Assembly: GCA_963790205.1 (NCBI GenBank)
Contig: CAWBNQ010000005.1
Coordinates: forward strand, 471,368-535,367
Reading direction: 5' to 3'
DNA: 64,000 nt
Source: Nitrospirota bacterium
GTDB taxonomy: Bacteria; Nitrospirota; UBA9217
The position numbers and the translations under genes are program-made. The stretch's first letter is position 1, and every line of letters starts with the position of its first letter. The notes beneath the pieces were generated by a model. That model did no database searches. It was not told where the DNA came from and saw only the letters and a program-made list of their open reading frames with translations. Below are positions 49,629 to 59,580 of the stretch, piece by piece.

Positions 49629-50066
49629 ATGGCAAAAATCGGTATTTTGACATGCTCAAATGCTACCCAAGACCTTGGCTGCTCATCGGTGAGCTGCCTC
49701 GCGGATTTTCGGAAGCGAAAGGGAACATTCGCTGAATATTCTGAAGATGAAAAGCTCACATTAGCCGGCATCATAAATTGTCCTGGCTGTCCGACGCTTA
49801 TCGGCCCGGATAAGTTAATTGGAAGAATCCGTGCATTAACTGATTTTGGAGTTGATACTATACATTTTTCTTATTGCGTGAAAGCACTCTGTCCGTTCAA
49901 GGAAAAATACAAAGATTCACTCGAAGAATCCTTTCCAAACATCAGAATTGTGATCGGTACCCACGAAGAACATATTACACCGGAAGAATTCCGCCGACGC
50001 GTGAAGAAACTATTTTGCCAACCGCGGAAAACCATGGTTGATATTATTTTGAACAAAGACGAGTAG
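49629..50066 (+). CDS. CGGC-domain protein
   Basis: KIGILTC...CSSVSC...NCPGCP...HFSYC...CPF...GTH. Confidence 0.85.
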   Translation: MAKIGILTCSNATQDLGCSSVSCLADFRKRKGTFAEYSEDEKLTLAGIINCPGCPTLIGPDKLIGRIRALTDFGVDTIHFSYCVKALCPFKEKYKDSLEESFPNIRIVIGTHEEHITPEEFRRRVKKLFCQPRKTMVDIILNKDE

Positions 50067-50345
50067 GAATAAGAGCAAATCTGGCGGTCACGATAAATCC
50101 GCTCCGAATTGAAAGTATTGGACTGGTGGTGACGCGGTCAATAACTTGTTCTTCCTGAATCATGCAGTAGTTGCATACCATGGAAATATTCATGTTACGC
50201 GTAGTACCTGTGAATCGACAGACGGTATTGAGAATTGCAGATATCTTTCAGTCAAAATATAATAAGGTGTAAGGCAAGATCTTTTGCACCATAGGGGAAA
50301 CAAAGATCTTGTCAAGAGAAAGCCAGAGCAGGAGCGCTAATAATA

Positions 50346-52367
50346 ATGACCGATGAGCTGAAAAAGCTGAATAAGCAGCTAAACGAGGAAATCACTGAGT
50401 GCAAACAGATGGAAGAAGCCCTCCGCGAAAGCGAAGCTCAGTATCGGGCACTGTTCGAAGGCTCACCCGATGCCATCCTTCTTGCTGACCCAGAAACAGG
50501 GATCATCCTTGATGCAAATCCAGCAGCGTGCCGGCTCGTCGCACGGCCCTATGAAAGAATCATCGGCCTCCATCAAGCTAAAATACACCCATCCCGGAGG
50601 GCAGCATTCTCTCGCGCAATTTTTACCCAGCACGTCACGGAAGCGAGGGAACAAAAGGGATTACATCCTGCTGAAATGGCTGTTCTCCGTCCCGATGGCT
50701 CTGAAGTGCCCGTGGAGGTCTTGGCACAGTTGGTTACCATCAAAAGGAAAAAGGTCCTGCAGGGAGTCTTCCGGGATATCACCGAACGCAAGCAGGCAGA
50801 ACAGGCGCTGCGCGGAAGCGAGGAGAGGTTGCGGCAGGCCGTCCGCGTTTCCCAGATCGGCATATACGATCACGACCACATCACGGGCACCATTTACTGG
50901 TCGCCGCAGCAACGGGAAATCTATGGTTGGGGCCCGGATGAAACGGTGACTCTGCCAGCGTTTCTCGATCGAGTCTACCCTGAGGACCGGGAGAGAATCG
51001 CGCTGGCTGTCCGGCGTGCCCACGATCCGGCGGGTGACGGCTTATTTGATGTTGAGCATCGGATCATACGCCGCGACGGCGCCATCCGGTGGCTGACCAC
51101 GCGGTCGCAGACCTTCTTCGATGGCGAGGGCGGCGCTCGCCATCCGGCACGCACCATCGGTGCTGTCCGAGACATCACTGAGAATAAGCGGGCGGAGGAG
51201 GATAGGGAGAAGCTCCAAACCCAGTTGACCCAGGCGCAGAAGATGGAGTCAGTCGGGCGTCTGGCTGGCGGCGTGGCCCACGACTTCAATAACATGCTGA
51301 GCGCGATTCTCGGCCATGCAGAGTTGGCCCTGCGTAGGCTTGACCAGACCTCGCCCCTCCATGCCGACCTCCAGAAAATCCAAAGGGCCGCGCAGCGCTC
51401 CGCCGAGCTTACCCGCCAGCTGCTGGCCTTCGCCCGCAAGCAGACCATCGCGCCCAAGGTGCTCGACTTGAACGAAACCGTGGAGGGGATGCTGAAGATG
51501 CTGCGCCGTCTCATCGGCGAGGACATCGACGTGGCCTGGATGCCTGGCCGCGGCCTCTGGGCGGTCAAAATCGACCCCGCCCAGGTCGACCAGATCCTGG
51601 CGAACCTTTTGGTCAATGCCCGTGACGCCATCGCAGACAAAGGCAAGGTCACGATCGAGACGGAGAACGTCGTATTAGACGAAGCCTACTGCGCCGGGCA
51701 CCGCGGATTCGTGCCAGGCAGGTTCATTATGCTGGCAGTGAGCGACGACGGCTGCGGCATGGACCGCGATATCCTCGCTCACCTTTTCGAACCCTTCTTC
51801 ACCACCAAGGGCGTAGGCCAGGGCACCGGTCTGGGTCTGGCGACGGTGTATGGCATCGTCAAGCAGAACAATGGCTTCATTAACGTTTACAGCGAGACGG
51901 GCAAAGGAACAACGTTCAAGATCTACCTGCCCTGTTACGCGACCGAGACCGTGCCGGTCCCGGTGGAAGGCCCGGCACAAACGGCAAAGGGCGGTACAGA
52001 GACGATTCTGCTGGTCGAGGATGAGCCGTGGATCCTCGATCTCAGCAAGGCCTTGCTCGAGGATCTGGGCTACACGGTGCTGACCGCGAGTACCCCAGGT
52101 GAGGCGATCCACCTTGCCGAGGAGCATGCCGGCCGGATTCACCTGCTCATCACCGATGTGGTCATGCCTGAGATGAACGGCTGGGACCTCGCCAAACGGC
52201 TGCTTTCCCTTTACCCGGAACTCAGGAGTCTGTTCATGTCCGGCTATACGGCCAATGTCATCGCCCAACGAGGCGTGCTGGAAGAAGGCATCCACTTCAT
52301 GCAGAAGCCGTTTTCCATGAGCGATCTGGCCGCGAAGGTGCGAGATGCACTGGAGAGGAGCAGCTGA
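50346..52367 (+). CDS. Cytoplasmic PAS-PAS hybrid histidine kinase/receiver
   Basis: Two PAS domains, GGVAHDFNN H-box, FTTK..GTGLGL, C-terminal receiver. Confidence 0.95.
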   Translation: MTDELKKLNKQLNEEITECKQMEEALRESEAQYRALFEGSPDAILLADPETGIILDANPAACRLVARPYERIIGLHQAKIHPSRRAAFSRAIFTQHVTEAREQKGLHPAEMAVLRPDGSEVPVEVLAQLVTIKRKKVLQGVFRDITERKQAEQALRGSEERLRQAVRVSQIGIYDHDHITGTIYWSPQQREIYGWGPDETVTLPAFLDRVYPEDRERIALAVRRAHDPAGDGLFDVEHRIIRRDGAIRWLTTRSQTFFDGEGGARHPARTIGAVRDITENKRAEEDREKLQTQLTQAQKMESVGRLAGGVAHDFNNMLSAILGHAELALRRLDQTSPLHADLQKIQRAAQRSAELTRQLLAFARKQTIAPKVLDLNETVEGMLKMLRRLIGEDIDVAWMPGRGLWAVKIDPAQVDQILANLLVNARDAIADKGKVTIETENVVLDEAYCAGHRGFVPGRFIMLAVSDDGCGMDRDILAHLFEPFFTTKGVGQGTGLGLATVYGIVKQNNGFINVYSETGKGTTFKIYLPCYATETVPVPVEGPAQTAKGGTETILLVEDEPWILDLSKALLEDLGYTVLTASTPGEAIHLAEEHAGRIHLLITDVVMPEMNGWDLAKRLLSLYPELRSLFMSGYTANVIAQRGVLEEGIHFMQKPFSMSDLAAKVRDALERSS

Positions 52368-52609
52368 CCAGAAGAAAACACACGATCCTCGGCTAACAGG
52401 GCGCTCCATAGGGCAAGTGAGCTTTGTTGATAGCATACGTGAACCCGTATATGTCATGCATCTCACAAGCCTCGGCACTACAAGATTGTAGGTACTGTGT
52501 GGAGCGCCAGGATCGCGGGAGAATTGAAGAATACCATTTGCAGCTTGCAGTGACTTCTTAAGAACGGCATGAAATCACCGCTCCAAGGATGCTATGCTAT
52601 AATTTTCCC

Positions 52610-53443
52610 ATGACCATACCTACTCGCATTCTGGGAAGTACCGGGCAGAACGTGACCATCCTGGGACTGGGCGGCGAAGGCGTGCTCAGGACCTTCGGAC
52701 AAGATCGGGAAACGTACGCTCTTATCAACCGGGCGCTGGACCTCGGGATCAACTACTGCGAATCGGCGCGCGCGTATTCCGGAAGCGAGTCGTATTACGG
52801 AAAGGCGATCCGGGAGCGGCGGAAAGATATCTTCCTCACGAGCAAGTCCCACGCCCGTGATCGGGCGGGCGCGCTGGCGCATCTGCACGAGACCTTGACG
52901 GACATGAAGACCGATCACCTGGATCTCTGGCAGGTGCATGACGTACGGGAGGAATCGGAAATCCTCGAGCTCTTCGGCCCCCAGGGAGCTATCGAGGCAT
53001 TCCAGCAGGCGAAGCAGGCGGGAAAGACCCGGTTTATCGGCGTCACCGGCCATCACGATCCTTCCCTCATCAAAAAATGCATCGCTCAATTCGGTTTCGA
53101 CACCGTGCTGATGCCGGTCAATCCCGCCGAACCAACGTACCTCAGTTTTATCGGGCAAGTCCTCCCCCTGGCGCGACAAAAGAACCTGGGCATCATCGGC
53201 ATGAAAGTCTACTTCCGGGGGCACGCTGATCAGCTGCCGTGGTATACGAGCATGGAGCCGTTCTTGCGCTTCGCACTTTCTCAGCCGATCACGACCATCG
53301 TCATCGGCTGCGACGATATCGCCCAGCTCGAAGAAAACATCGAGTTCGCCCGTTCCTTCGAACCCATGTCCAGGGAAGAGCAGCAGAAGCTTATCCGTGA
53401 CGTTTCTCCCTTCGCGCGCGAGCTGATGTACTACAAAGCGTAA
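52610..53443 (+). CDS. Aldo/keto reductase
   Basis: RILGSTG...LGLGG, LTSK, DHLDLWQVH, IGVTGH. Confidence 0.9.
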   Translation: MTIPTRILGSTGQNVTILGLGGEGVLRTFGQDRETYALINRALDLGINYCESARAYSGSESYYGKAIRERRKDIFLTSKSHARDRAGALAHLHETLTDMKTDHLDLWQVHDVREESEILELFGPQGAIEAFQQAKQAGKTRFIGVTGHHDPSLIKKCIAQFGFDTVLMPVNPAEPTYLSFIGQVLPLARQKNLGIIGMKVYFRGHADQLPWYTSMEPFLRFALSQPITTIVIGCDDIAQLEENIEFARSFEPMSREEQQKLIRDVSPFARELMYYKA

Positions 53444-53510
53444 TCCATTATCCGCGGCGGGTAAAGCGAGACCAGTGAAGCGGGAGCTCTGAACGATCCT
53501 TTTATTCGAC

Positions 53511-54029
53511 TTGTATCTTGAAAACTGGCGGTGCTCTTTGGGAAGAATTGGAGAAGGTCAGTATTTAAAAGGCGGTCTTCGTGTCGTATCCATCTTTGAA
53601 GCGGCCAAAGGACTGCTTGTTTTGCTGACCGGATTCGGCTTGTTGGCGTACATTCATAAAGACCTTCATCTCGCCGCCGAGCGGCTTGTTCAGCTCTTTC
53701 ATTTAAATCCTGCCAGCCGCTATCCCCAGATCTTTATCGATCTGGCTGATCGTGTGACCGATGCGCAACTTTGGGTGTTGGCACTATCAGCCCTGCTCTA
53801 CGCTGTCGTTCGCTTTGTCGAAGCATACGGTCTCTGGTTGCAGCGTCGTTGGGCTGAATGGTTCGGCCTTTTTGCAGGAGGGATCTATGTTCCCATTGAA
53901 GTCTTCGAGGTCACGCGCAAAGTTTCCTGGCCAAGGGTCACCCTCTTGATTGTGAATACGGGTATCGTAGTGTATCTGTCCCTGATCTTATACCAATCAA
54001 GACAAAAACGTAAACACGCGATACAGTAA
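53511..54029 (+). CDS. DUF2127-like membrane protein
   Basis: IFEAAKG, EAYGLW...WAEW, YVPIEVFE; start uncertain. Confidence 0.8.
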   Translation: MYLENWRCSLGRIGEGQYLKGGLRVVSIFEAAKGLLVLLTGFGLLAYIHKDLHLAAERLVQLFHLNPASRYPQIFIDLADRVTDAQLWVLALSALLYAVVRFVEAYGLWLQRRWAEWFGLFAGGIYVPIEVFEVTRKVSWPRVTLLIVNTGIVVYLSLILYQSRQKRKHAIQ

Positions 54030-54194
54030 TATTGAATGACAGCGGGCAAGCTACCGGAAAGCGACCTGCACGGGAGAGGAGGACCGCTCGCAAACACCCC
54101 GGGGTGAGACGCGCCCCGCTGTTCGTCACCGTCTTTTGATCGTTTACAGAGATAACTCTGATTGACAGAGACTCATGGTTTTCAGGAGGTATTT

Positions 54195-54560
54195 ATGATA
54201 GCGAGATGGAGAACTAAGGGATTCTTTATCGTGGCATCGCTTTTATTTGCGGTCCTCTGTTTGACCTCTGCAAACACGCTGATGGCCGCTCCGGCGAAGG
54301 CGTCAAAAACGGCAGTGATAATGGCAGGGAAAGCGGTATATGGTGCTCAGGGATGCAACGAGTGTCACCAGATTCATGGGACGGGAGGCGAAGCCGGGCC
54401 GGACCTCAGCAATATTGGAAGGAAAAAGAGCAAGGTGTGGATAAGAAGGCAAATCACAAACTCGAAATCGCATTTCAAAAATTCCTTTATGCCCAGGTAT
54501 AGGGGTCTTTCCAGGAAGGACATGGATGCCCTCGTGAACTATCTGTCAAGCTTGAAATAA
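54195..54560 (+). CDS. Monoheme cytochrome c
   Basis: Signal peptide, CNECH, GPDLS, distal MP. Confidence 0.9.
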   Translation: MIARWRTKGFFIVASLLFAVLCLTSANTLMAAPAKASKTAVIMAGKAVYGAQGCNECHQIHGTGGEAGPDLSNIGRKKSKVWIRRQITNSKSHFKNSFMPRYRGLSRKDMDALVNYLSSLK

Positions 54561-54574
54561 GGAAATAAATAAAC

Positions 54575-54660
54575 TACCCCGCCGCAAGCAGCGGGGTATT
54601 GAGAACCTTATCAAAACGTATTACGCCGCAAGCGGCGGGGAATTCAACCCGGAGTTACGA
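54575..54660. repeat. Tandem CCCCGC/GCGGGG palindromic repeats
   Basis: TACCCCGCCGCAAGCAGCGGGGTA and TACGCCGCAAGCGGCGGGGAAT. Confidence 0.65.
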
Positions 54661-54699
54661 TTAAAGTGCCTTTCACTGGGGAGGGGAATATGGACCACG

Positions 54700-54942
54700 G
54701 GGATTACTGCGCTGGAGTTCAACCTTCTCGACGCCTTTGCCCTCGACGGCAGGGTGATGGTCGGGAGCGTCAATGCCAGCCGGGACCATCACCAGATGGC
54801 CGTGGACGACCTCATGACAGCCCACCTGCGTTGGGGCGATCATCTGGAACGTCTGATCACGAACCGTTATCCACACACCGAGTTTCTGACGGCTCTTGAG
54901 CGCCACGATGAGGACGAGATCAAGATAGTGTTGGAATGGTAG
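54700..54942 (+). pseudogene. C-terminal remnant of a Zn-dependent glucose 1-dehydrogenase-like gene
   Basis: VMVGSVNASRDHHQMAVDDL...LERLIT...EIKIVLEW*; 5' part missing. Confidence 0.65.
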
Positions 54943-54973
54943 ATCAAAAAATCTCACTGAACGGGATATCCCG

Positions 54974-55810
54974 ATGAACACCTTGGTTTTTACCATACTT
55001 ATTTGGCTCGGCTCGTTGGGAGCAGGTTTTTTGGGATCATTGACGGGGCTGGGCGGCGGGGTCGTTATCGTGCCGCTCCTCGCTCTGGTCTTTGGGGTGG
55101 ATATCCGGTATGCGATCGGCGCATCCCTGGTCTCGGTGATCGCTACATCGTCGGGGGCCGCTGCAGCCTACGTCAAGGAAGGCTTCAGCAATATTCGGAT
55201 CGGGATGTTCTTGGAAATAGCAACAACCCTGGGCGCGCTGGCTGGAGCGTTTTGGGCTGCACGCTTGCCGACTTCGACCATTGCGATTATCTTCGGGATT
55301 ATTCTGCTCTACTCGGTATATTTGTCCGGCCAGCGGCAGAGGAGGCGGCAAGAGGCCGATCGGCCCGACCCGCTGTCAACGCGTCTGAAGATGGATGGAA
55401 GTTATCCAACCCCGCAGGGTCTCGAACCCTACCACGCGCACTCTGTTCCCTCCGGCTTCGGATTGATGTTTCTGGCCGGCTCGATCTCCGGGTTGCTCGG
55501 GATCGGATCAGGGGCCGTAAAGGTCCTGGCGATGGACCAGGTGATGCGCATCCCGTTCAAGGTTTCCACAACCACGAGTAATTTCATGATCGGCGTTACC
55601 GCTGCCGCCAGCGCTGGAGTGTATCTTAATCGAGGCTATATAGACCCGGGGCTGGCAATGCCCGTCATGCTCGGCGTGCTGATCGGTTCTCTTCTGGGAA
55701 CGCATGAACTGGTCATAGCAAAAACACACCGTTTGCGTATCATTTTCAGCGCGATCATTCTGCTCCTTGCGATCGAGATGATCTATAACGGTCTCACAAA
55801 AAGGATCTAA
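54974..55810 (+). CDS. TauE/SafE-family sulfite exporter-like protein
   Basis: GSLTGLGGGVVIVP and SGLLGIGSG repeats. Confidence 0.92.
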   Translation: MNTLVFTILIWLGSLGAGFLGSLTGLGGGVVIVPLLALVFGVDIRYAIGASLVSVIATSSGAAAAYVKEGFSNIRIGMFLEIATTLGALAGAFWAARLPTSTIAIIFGIILLYSVYLSGQRQRRRQEADRPDPLSTRLKMDGSYPTPQGLEPYHAHSVPSGFGLMFLAGSISGLLGIGSGAVKVLAMDQVMRIPFKVSTTTSNFMIGVTAAASAGVYLNRGYIDPGLAMPVMLGVLIGSLLGTHELVIAKTHRLRIIFSAIILLLAIEMIYNGLTKRI

Positions 55811-55811
55811 G

Positions 55812-56201
55812 ATGCCAAAAACCAAAGGCACGTGGACAAATCAGCAGGTCGAGACGATTATCGGCAATCTCTTGAGAGGAGGGGTTATTCTTGCCGCCAT
55901 GGTGGTTTTCACCGGGGGGGTGTTCTACCTGTTCCGTTATGGTTCGGCGTATCCTGATTACCGGATTTTTCGAGGGGAGCCCACCGACCTGCGTACGGTA
56001 CATGGGATCCTGGCAGACGCCTTATCATTCCACAGTCGCGGACTGATTCAGCTGGGGCTCCTGCTGCTGATCGCAACCCCCGTAGCGCGGGTTGCGTTCT
56101 CGATTTTTGCTTTCCTCCGGCAAGGGGACCGCACCTATGTCGTCGTGACTCTCCTGGTGCTCACGATACTACTGTATGGTCTTTTTGGGCGGCGTCTCTG
56201 A
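55812..56201 (+). CDS. DUF1634 membrane protein
   Basis: IGNLLRGGV, GLLLLIATPVARV; usual TauE partner. Confidence 0.88.
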   Translation: MPKTKGTWTNQQVETIIGNLLRGGVILAAMVVFTGGVFYLFRYGSAYPDYRIFRGEPTDLRTVHGILADALSFHSRGLIQLGLLLLIATPVARVAFSIFAFLRQGDRTYVVVTLLVLTILLYGLFGRRL

Positions 56202-56224
56202 TGCTTCAGAAAAGACGACAGAAT

Positions 56225-56470
56225 ATGATGAGCAGAGCCGATAACAGTCCACGCTTTGTTTACCTTGCCGCCGCGATCTCAGCGCTCAGCGGCATGCTCT
56301 TCTGCTACGACACCGGCGTCATATCAGGGGCCATCCTTTTTATTCAGCAGGACTTCGCGCTCTCGCCGACGCTCGAAGAGATCGTTGTCAACTCCGTGGT
56401 GTTGGAGGCGGTGCTCGGCGCCGTTGCGGGCGGCACTCTGACCGACCGCTTTGGGCGACGCATCGTACTC
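56225..56470 (+). pseudogene. N-terminal remnant of a sugar-porter MFS transporter
   Basis: ALSGMLFCYDTGVISGAILFI...TDRFGRR, then similarity ends at a palindrome. Confidence 0.75.
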
Positions 56471-56713
56471 GCGGAGGCGCAGCCTGCATTTGCCTGCGGC
56501 CGCGATATGGCAACAGCAGGCTACGTAAGCGCGGCCATAAAAGGAGGCCGCGGAGAAAGAATAATTTTTTTAAACTCGGCGCCCTCCGTGACTCCGCGTG
56601 AGACGCCTTTTGATTCCAGCTCTTGGTTCCGGTTTGCCCGGGTCCAGGTATCTTTGTTCCTGATTGACTGTTTTCTCAGACGCTTCACGCCCCTTACTAT
56701 TTGAAAGGAACAC

Positions 56714-59263
56714 ATGACGCTTTCCCCATCCAAGGCGGAAATGGTTTTCTGGCGGCAACCCGTTCCTGAACTCCTGAAGCGGCTGAACACGACCGCTGCC
56801 GGTCTTTCGAGCACCGAGGCGGCTGACCGGCTGAAGCAGTCCGGCCCGAATATGCTGCGGCCGCCCCGGAAGCGCGCGCTGATCCTTCAGTTCCTCTCCA
56901 GGTTCAAAAACCCCCTCGTCATCATCCTCCTCGTTGCCAGCGCGGTCTCCGCCTTCACCGGCGATGTGACCAGCTTCCTGATCATCAGCGCCATCGTTGT
57001 CATGAGCGTGACCCTCGATTTCATCCAGGAACACCGCGCAGGCAAGGCAGCCGAAGAACTACGCCAGTCCGTGGCGATCCGCGTCCAGGCGCTGCGCGAC
57101 GGGAAGAGCATTGAAATACCCGTGGCAACGCTGGTGCCCGGGGATGTGGTATCTCTTTCCGCGGGCGACCTGATACCCGGCGATGGGCGGGTGCTTGTTG
57201 CTCAGGATTTCTTTGTAAAGCAGGCGCTCCTGACCGGCGAATCCTATCCCGTTGAAAAGTTTTTCCGCGACCTGCCTGACGCGGGACAGGACATGGCAGA
57301 TGCAGTGAATGCCGTCTTCATGGGCACGTCCGTGGTGAGCGGCTCTGCCTTGGTTCTCATCTGCCGCACCGGACCGAATACCTCGTTGGGCGAGATCTCC
57401 GATACGCTCACCACAAAGGCGCCCCCCACCTCTTTTGAACAGGGCACCCAGCGCTTCGGGTTTTTGATCATGCGCTTTACGATCCTGCTCGTCCTCTTTG
57501 TTGTCCTGGTCAACGCGTTTTTTCACCGGCCCTGGCTCGAATCCTTCCTCTTTGCCGTGGCCCTTGCCGTGGGGCTCACCCCCGAGCTTTTGCCCATGGT
57601 GGTTTCCGTGACCCTGGCTCGGGGCGCCCTGCGCATGGCACAGAAGAAGGTGATCGTAAAACGGCTTGAATCCATCCACAACCTGGGCAGCATGGACGTG
57701 CTGTGTACGGACAAGACCGGTACGCTCACCGAAGCCCGCATCCACCTGGAACGCCATGTGGACGCTCTTGGCCGGGACAGCGGCCGCGTTCTCGAACTGG
57801 CGTACCTGAACAGCTTCTTTGAATCGGGCCTGCGGAGCCCGATGGACGACGCCATACTCGAGCACAAGGAGATCGACGTCACGGCCTGGAAAAAGATCGA
57901 CGAGGTCCCCTTCGATTTCGAACGGCGCCGGGTTTCGGTGATCATCGACAACGGCAGGGACAGGCTCCTCGTTGTGAAAGGCGCGCCTGATGATATCCTG
58001 GGCTTCTGCATCCTCTGCGAGGAACAGGGAGAAGCGGATCATAAAGCAATGGATGAAGCGGCGCTGGCCCGGGTCCGGGCGCTCCATGAGACATTCGCCC
58101 GCGACGGCTTCCGCGTCCTCGGCGTTGCCTGGAAAAAGGTGGAGCAAACAGAACATCATGCCGTGGTGAATGATGAAACGGAACTGGTCTTTGCGGGTTT
58201 TGCCGCTTTTCTCGATCCGCCGAAAAAGAGCGCTCAAGAGGCATTGGTCAAGCTTACTCATGCTGGGGTTGCGGTCAAGGTCGTGACCGGCGACAATGAA
58301 TTGGTGACCCGGCATATCTGCGAGAAGCTCGGCCTGCCCATAACCGGCATCTTGACCGGCGCGGAGATGCAGACCATGGGTGACCACGCGCTCTCAGCCC
58401 GCGCAGAGGATGTGAATCTCTTTTGCCGGGTCAACCCATCGCAAAAGAACCGGGTCATCCTTGCCTTAAAGCAGCGGGGCAGGGTCGTCGGGTACATGGG
58501 CGACGGCATCAATGACGCCCCTTCTCTCCATACTGCGGACATCGGCATTTCCGTGGACTCCGCCGTGGACGTGGCAAAGAGCGCTGCGGATATGATCCTT
58601 TTGGAGCAGGACCTGAACGTGCTGCATGAAGGGGTCGTGGAAGGCCGGCGCACCTTCGGCAACATCATGAAATACATCATGATGGGAACGAGCTCCAATT
58701 TCGGGAACATGTTCAGCATGGCCGGGGCGACCCTCTTCCTGCCCTTCCTTCCCATGCTGCCCGTGCAGATACTTCTGAACAATCTCCTCTACGATGTTTC
58801 GGAGGTCCCCATCCCCCTCGACAGTGTGGATGAAGAATATCTCACCCAGCCCCGGCATTGGAACATGAACTTCATCCGAAACTTCATGCTGTCCGTGGGG
58901 CCGGTGAGCTCGGTCTTCGACTTCCTGACCTTTTACTTGATGCTGCACGTATTCCATGCCGGAGAGCGGCTCTTCCATACCGGCTGGTTCATCGAGTCAA
59001 TGGCAACGCAGGTGCTCGTTATTTTCATCATCCGCACCCGCCGCAACCCGTTCAAAAGCCGTCCCAACGTCTGGCTTACCCTGTGTTCTCTTACGGTCGT
59101 GCTCCTTGCAACGGCGCTCCCCTTCACACCGCTCGGCAGGTACTTCGGGTTCGTGCCCCCCCCGTTATCATTCTATGCGATCCTGGCCGGCCTCGTGTTT
59201 TTCTATCTCTTTGCGGTAGAAGGGATCAAGCAGTGGTTTTTTCACCGGTTTGCTGACAGGTGA
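56714..59263 (+). CDS. mgtA: Mg2+-translocating P-type ATPase
   Basis: TGES, VGLTPELLP, DKTGT, PFDFERRR, GDGINDA, SSNFGNMFS, NNLLYD. Confidence 0.93.
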   Translation: MTLSPSKAEMVFWRQPVPELLKRLNTTAAGLSSTEAADRLKQSGPNMLRPPRKRALILQFLSRFKNPLVIILLVASAVSAFTGDVTSFLIISAIVVMSVTLDFIQEHRAGKAAEELRQSVAIRVQALRDGKSIEIPVATLVPGDVVSLSAGDLIPGDGRVLVAQDFFVKQALLTGESYPVEKFFRDLPDAGQDMADAVNAVFMGTSVVSGSALVLICRTGPNTSLGEISDTLTTKAPPTSFEQGTQRFGFLIMRFTILLVLFVVLVNAFFHRPWLESFLFAVALAVGLTPELLPMVVSVTLARGALRMAQKKVIVKRLESIHNLGSMDVLCTDKTGTLTEARIHLERHVDALGRDSGRVLELAYLNSFFESGLRSPMDDAILEHKEIDVTAWKKIDEVPFDFERRRVSVIIDNGRDRLLVVKGAPDDILGFCILCEEQGEADHKAMDEAALARVRALHETFARDGFRVLGVAWKKVEQTEHHAVVNDETELVFAGFAAFLDPPKKSAQEALVKLTHAGVAVKVVTGDNELVTRHICEKLGLPITGILTGAEMQTMGDHALSARAEDVNLFCRVNPSQKNRVILALKQRGRVVGYMGDGINDAPSLHTADIGISVDSAVDVAKSAADMILLEQDLNVLHEGVVEGRRTFGNIMKYIMMGTSSNFGNMFSMAGATLFLPFLPMLPVQILLNNLLYDVSEVPIPLDSVDEEYLTQPRHWNMNFIRNFMLSVGPVSSVFDFLTFYLMLHVFHAGERLFHTGWFIESMATQVLVIFIIRTRRNPFKSRPNVWLTLCSLTVVLLATALPFTPLGRYFGFVPPPLSFYAILAGLVFFYLFAVEGIKQWFFHRFADR

Positions 59264-59580
59264 AGGAGTATCAGTTTTTTCTGCTAAGCATTAAGTATGT
59301 AGACTTGAGATACATAAGAATGCCTGTCCTTTCTAATTTCCCACATTCCCTCCTGTCCGATGTAAGCTGTTCATCTTCCCGTAATCTTGCTTTTTATATA
59401 ATATTCTTAATCTGAAATCGAAACCTTTGATATCCGCAAGAACGGCATCACCCGCGAGGTAGGCGTTGACATAGTGATGGAAAAGGCTCTCGAAAATTCA
59501 CTGGAAGGTCTTGATTCTGACTAGCTGAAGGAGGAAGACATACTCTTCTTCGAGCACAATGCAATGAAAAAGGAGGTACT

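Noticed and set aside
52452..52467. TGTCA-N6-TCACA CRP-like site
   Set aside because: Single imperfect site, far from the likely promoter and different from the TATGA motif.
59420..59570. Coding-like fragment upstream of tolC
   Set aside because: Short, interrupted by a stop, and not assignable to any family by eye.
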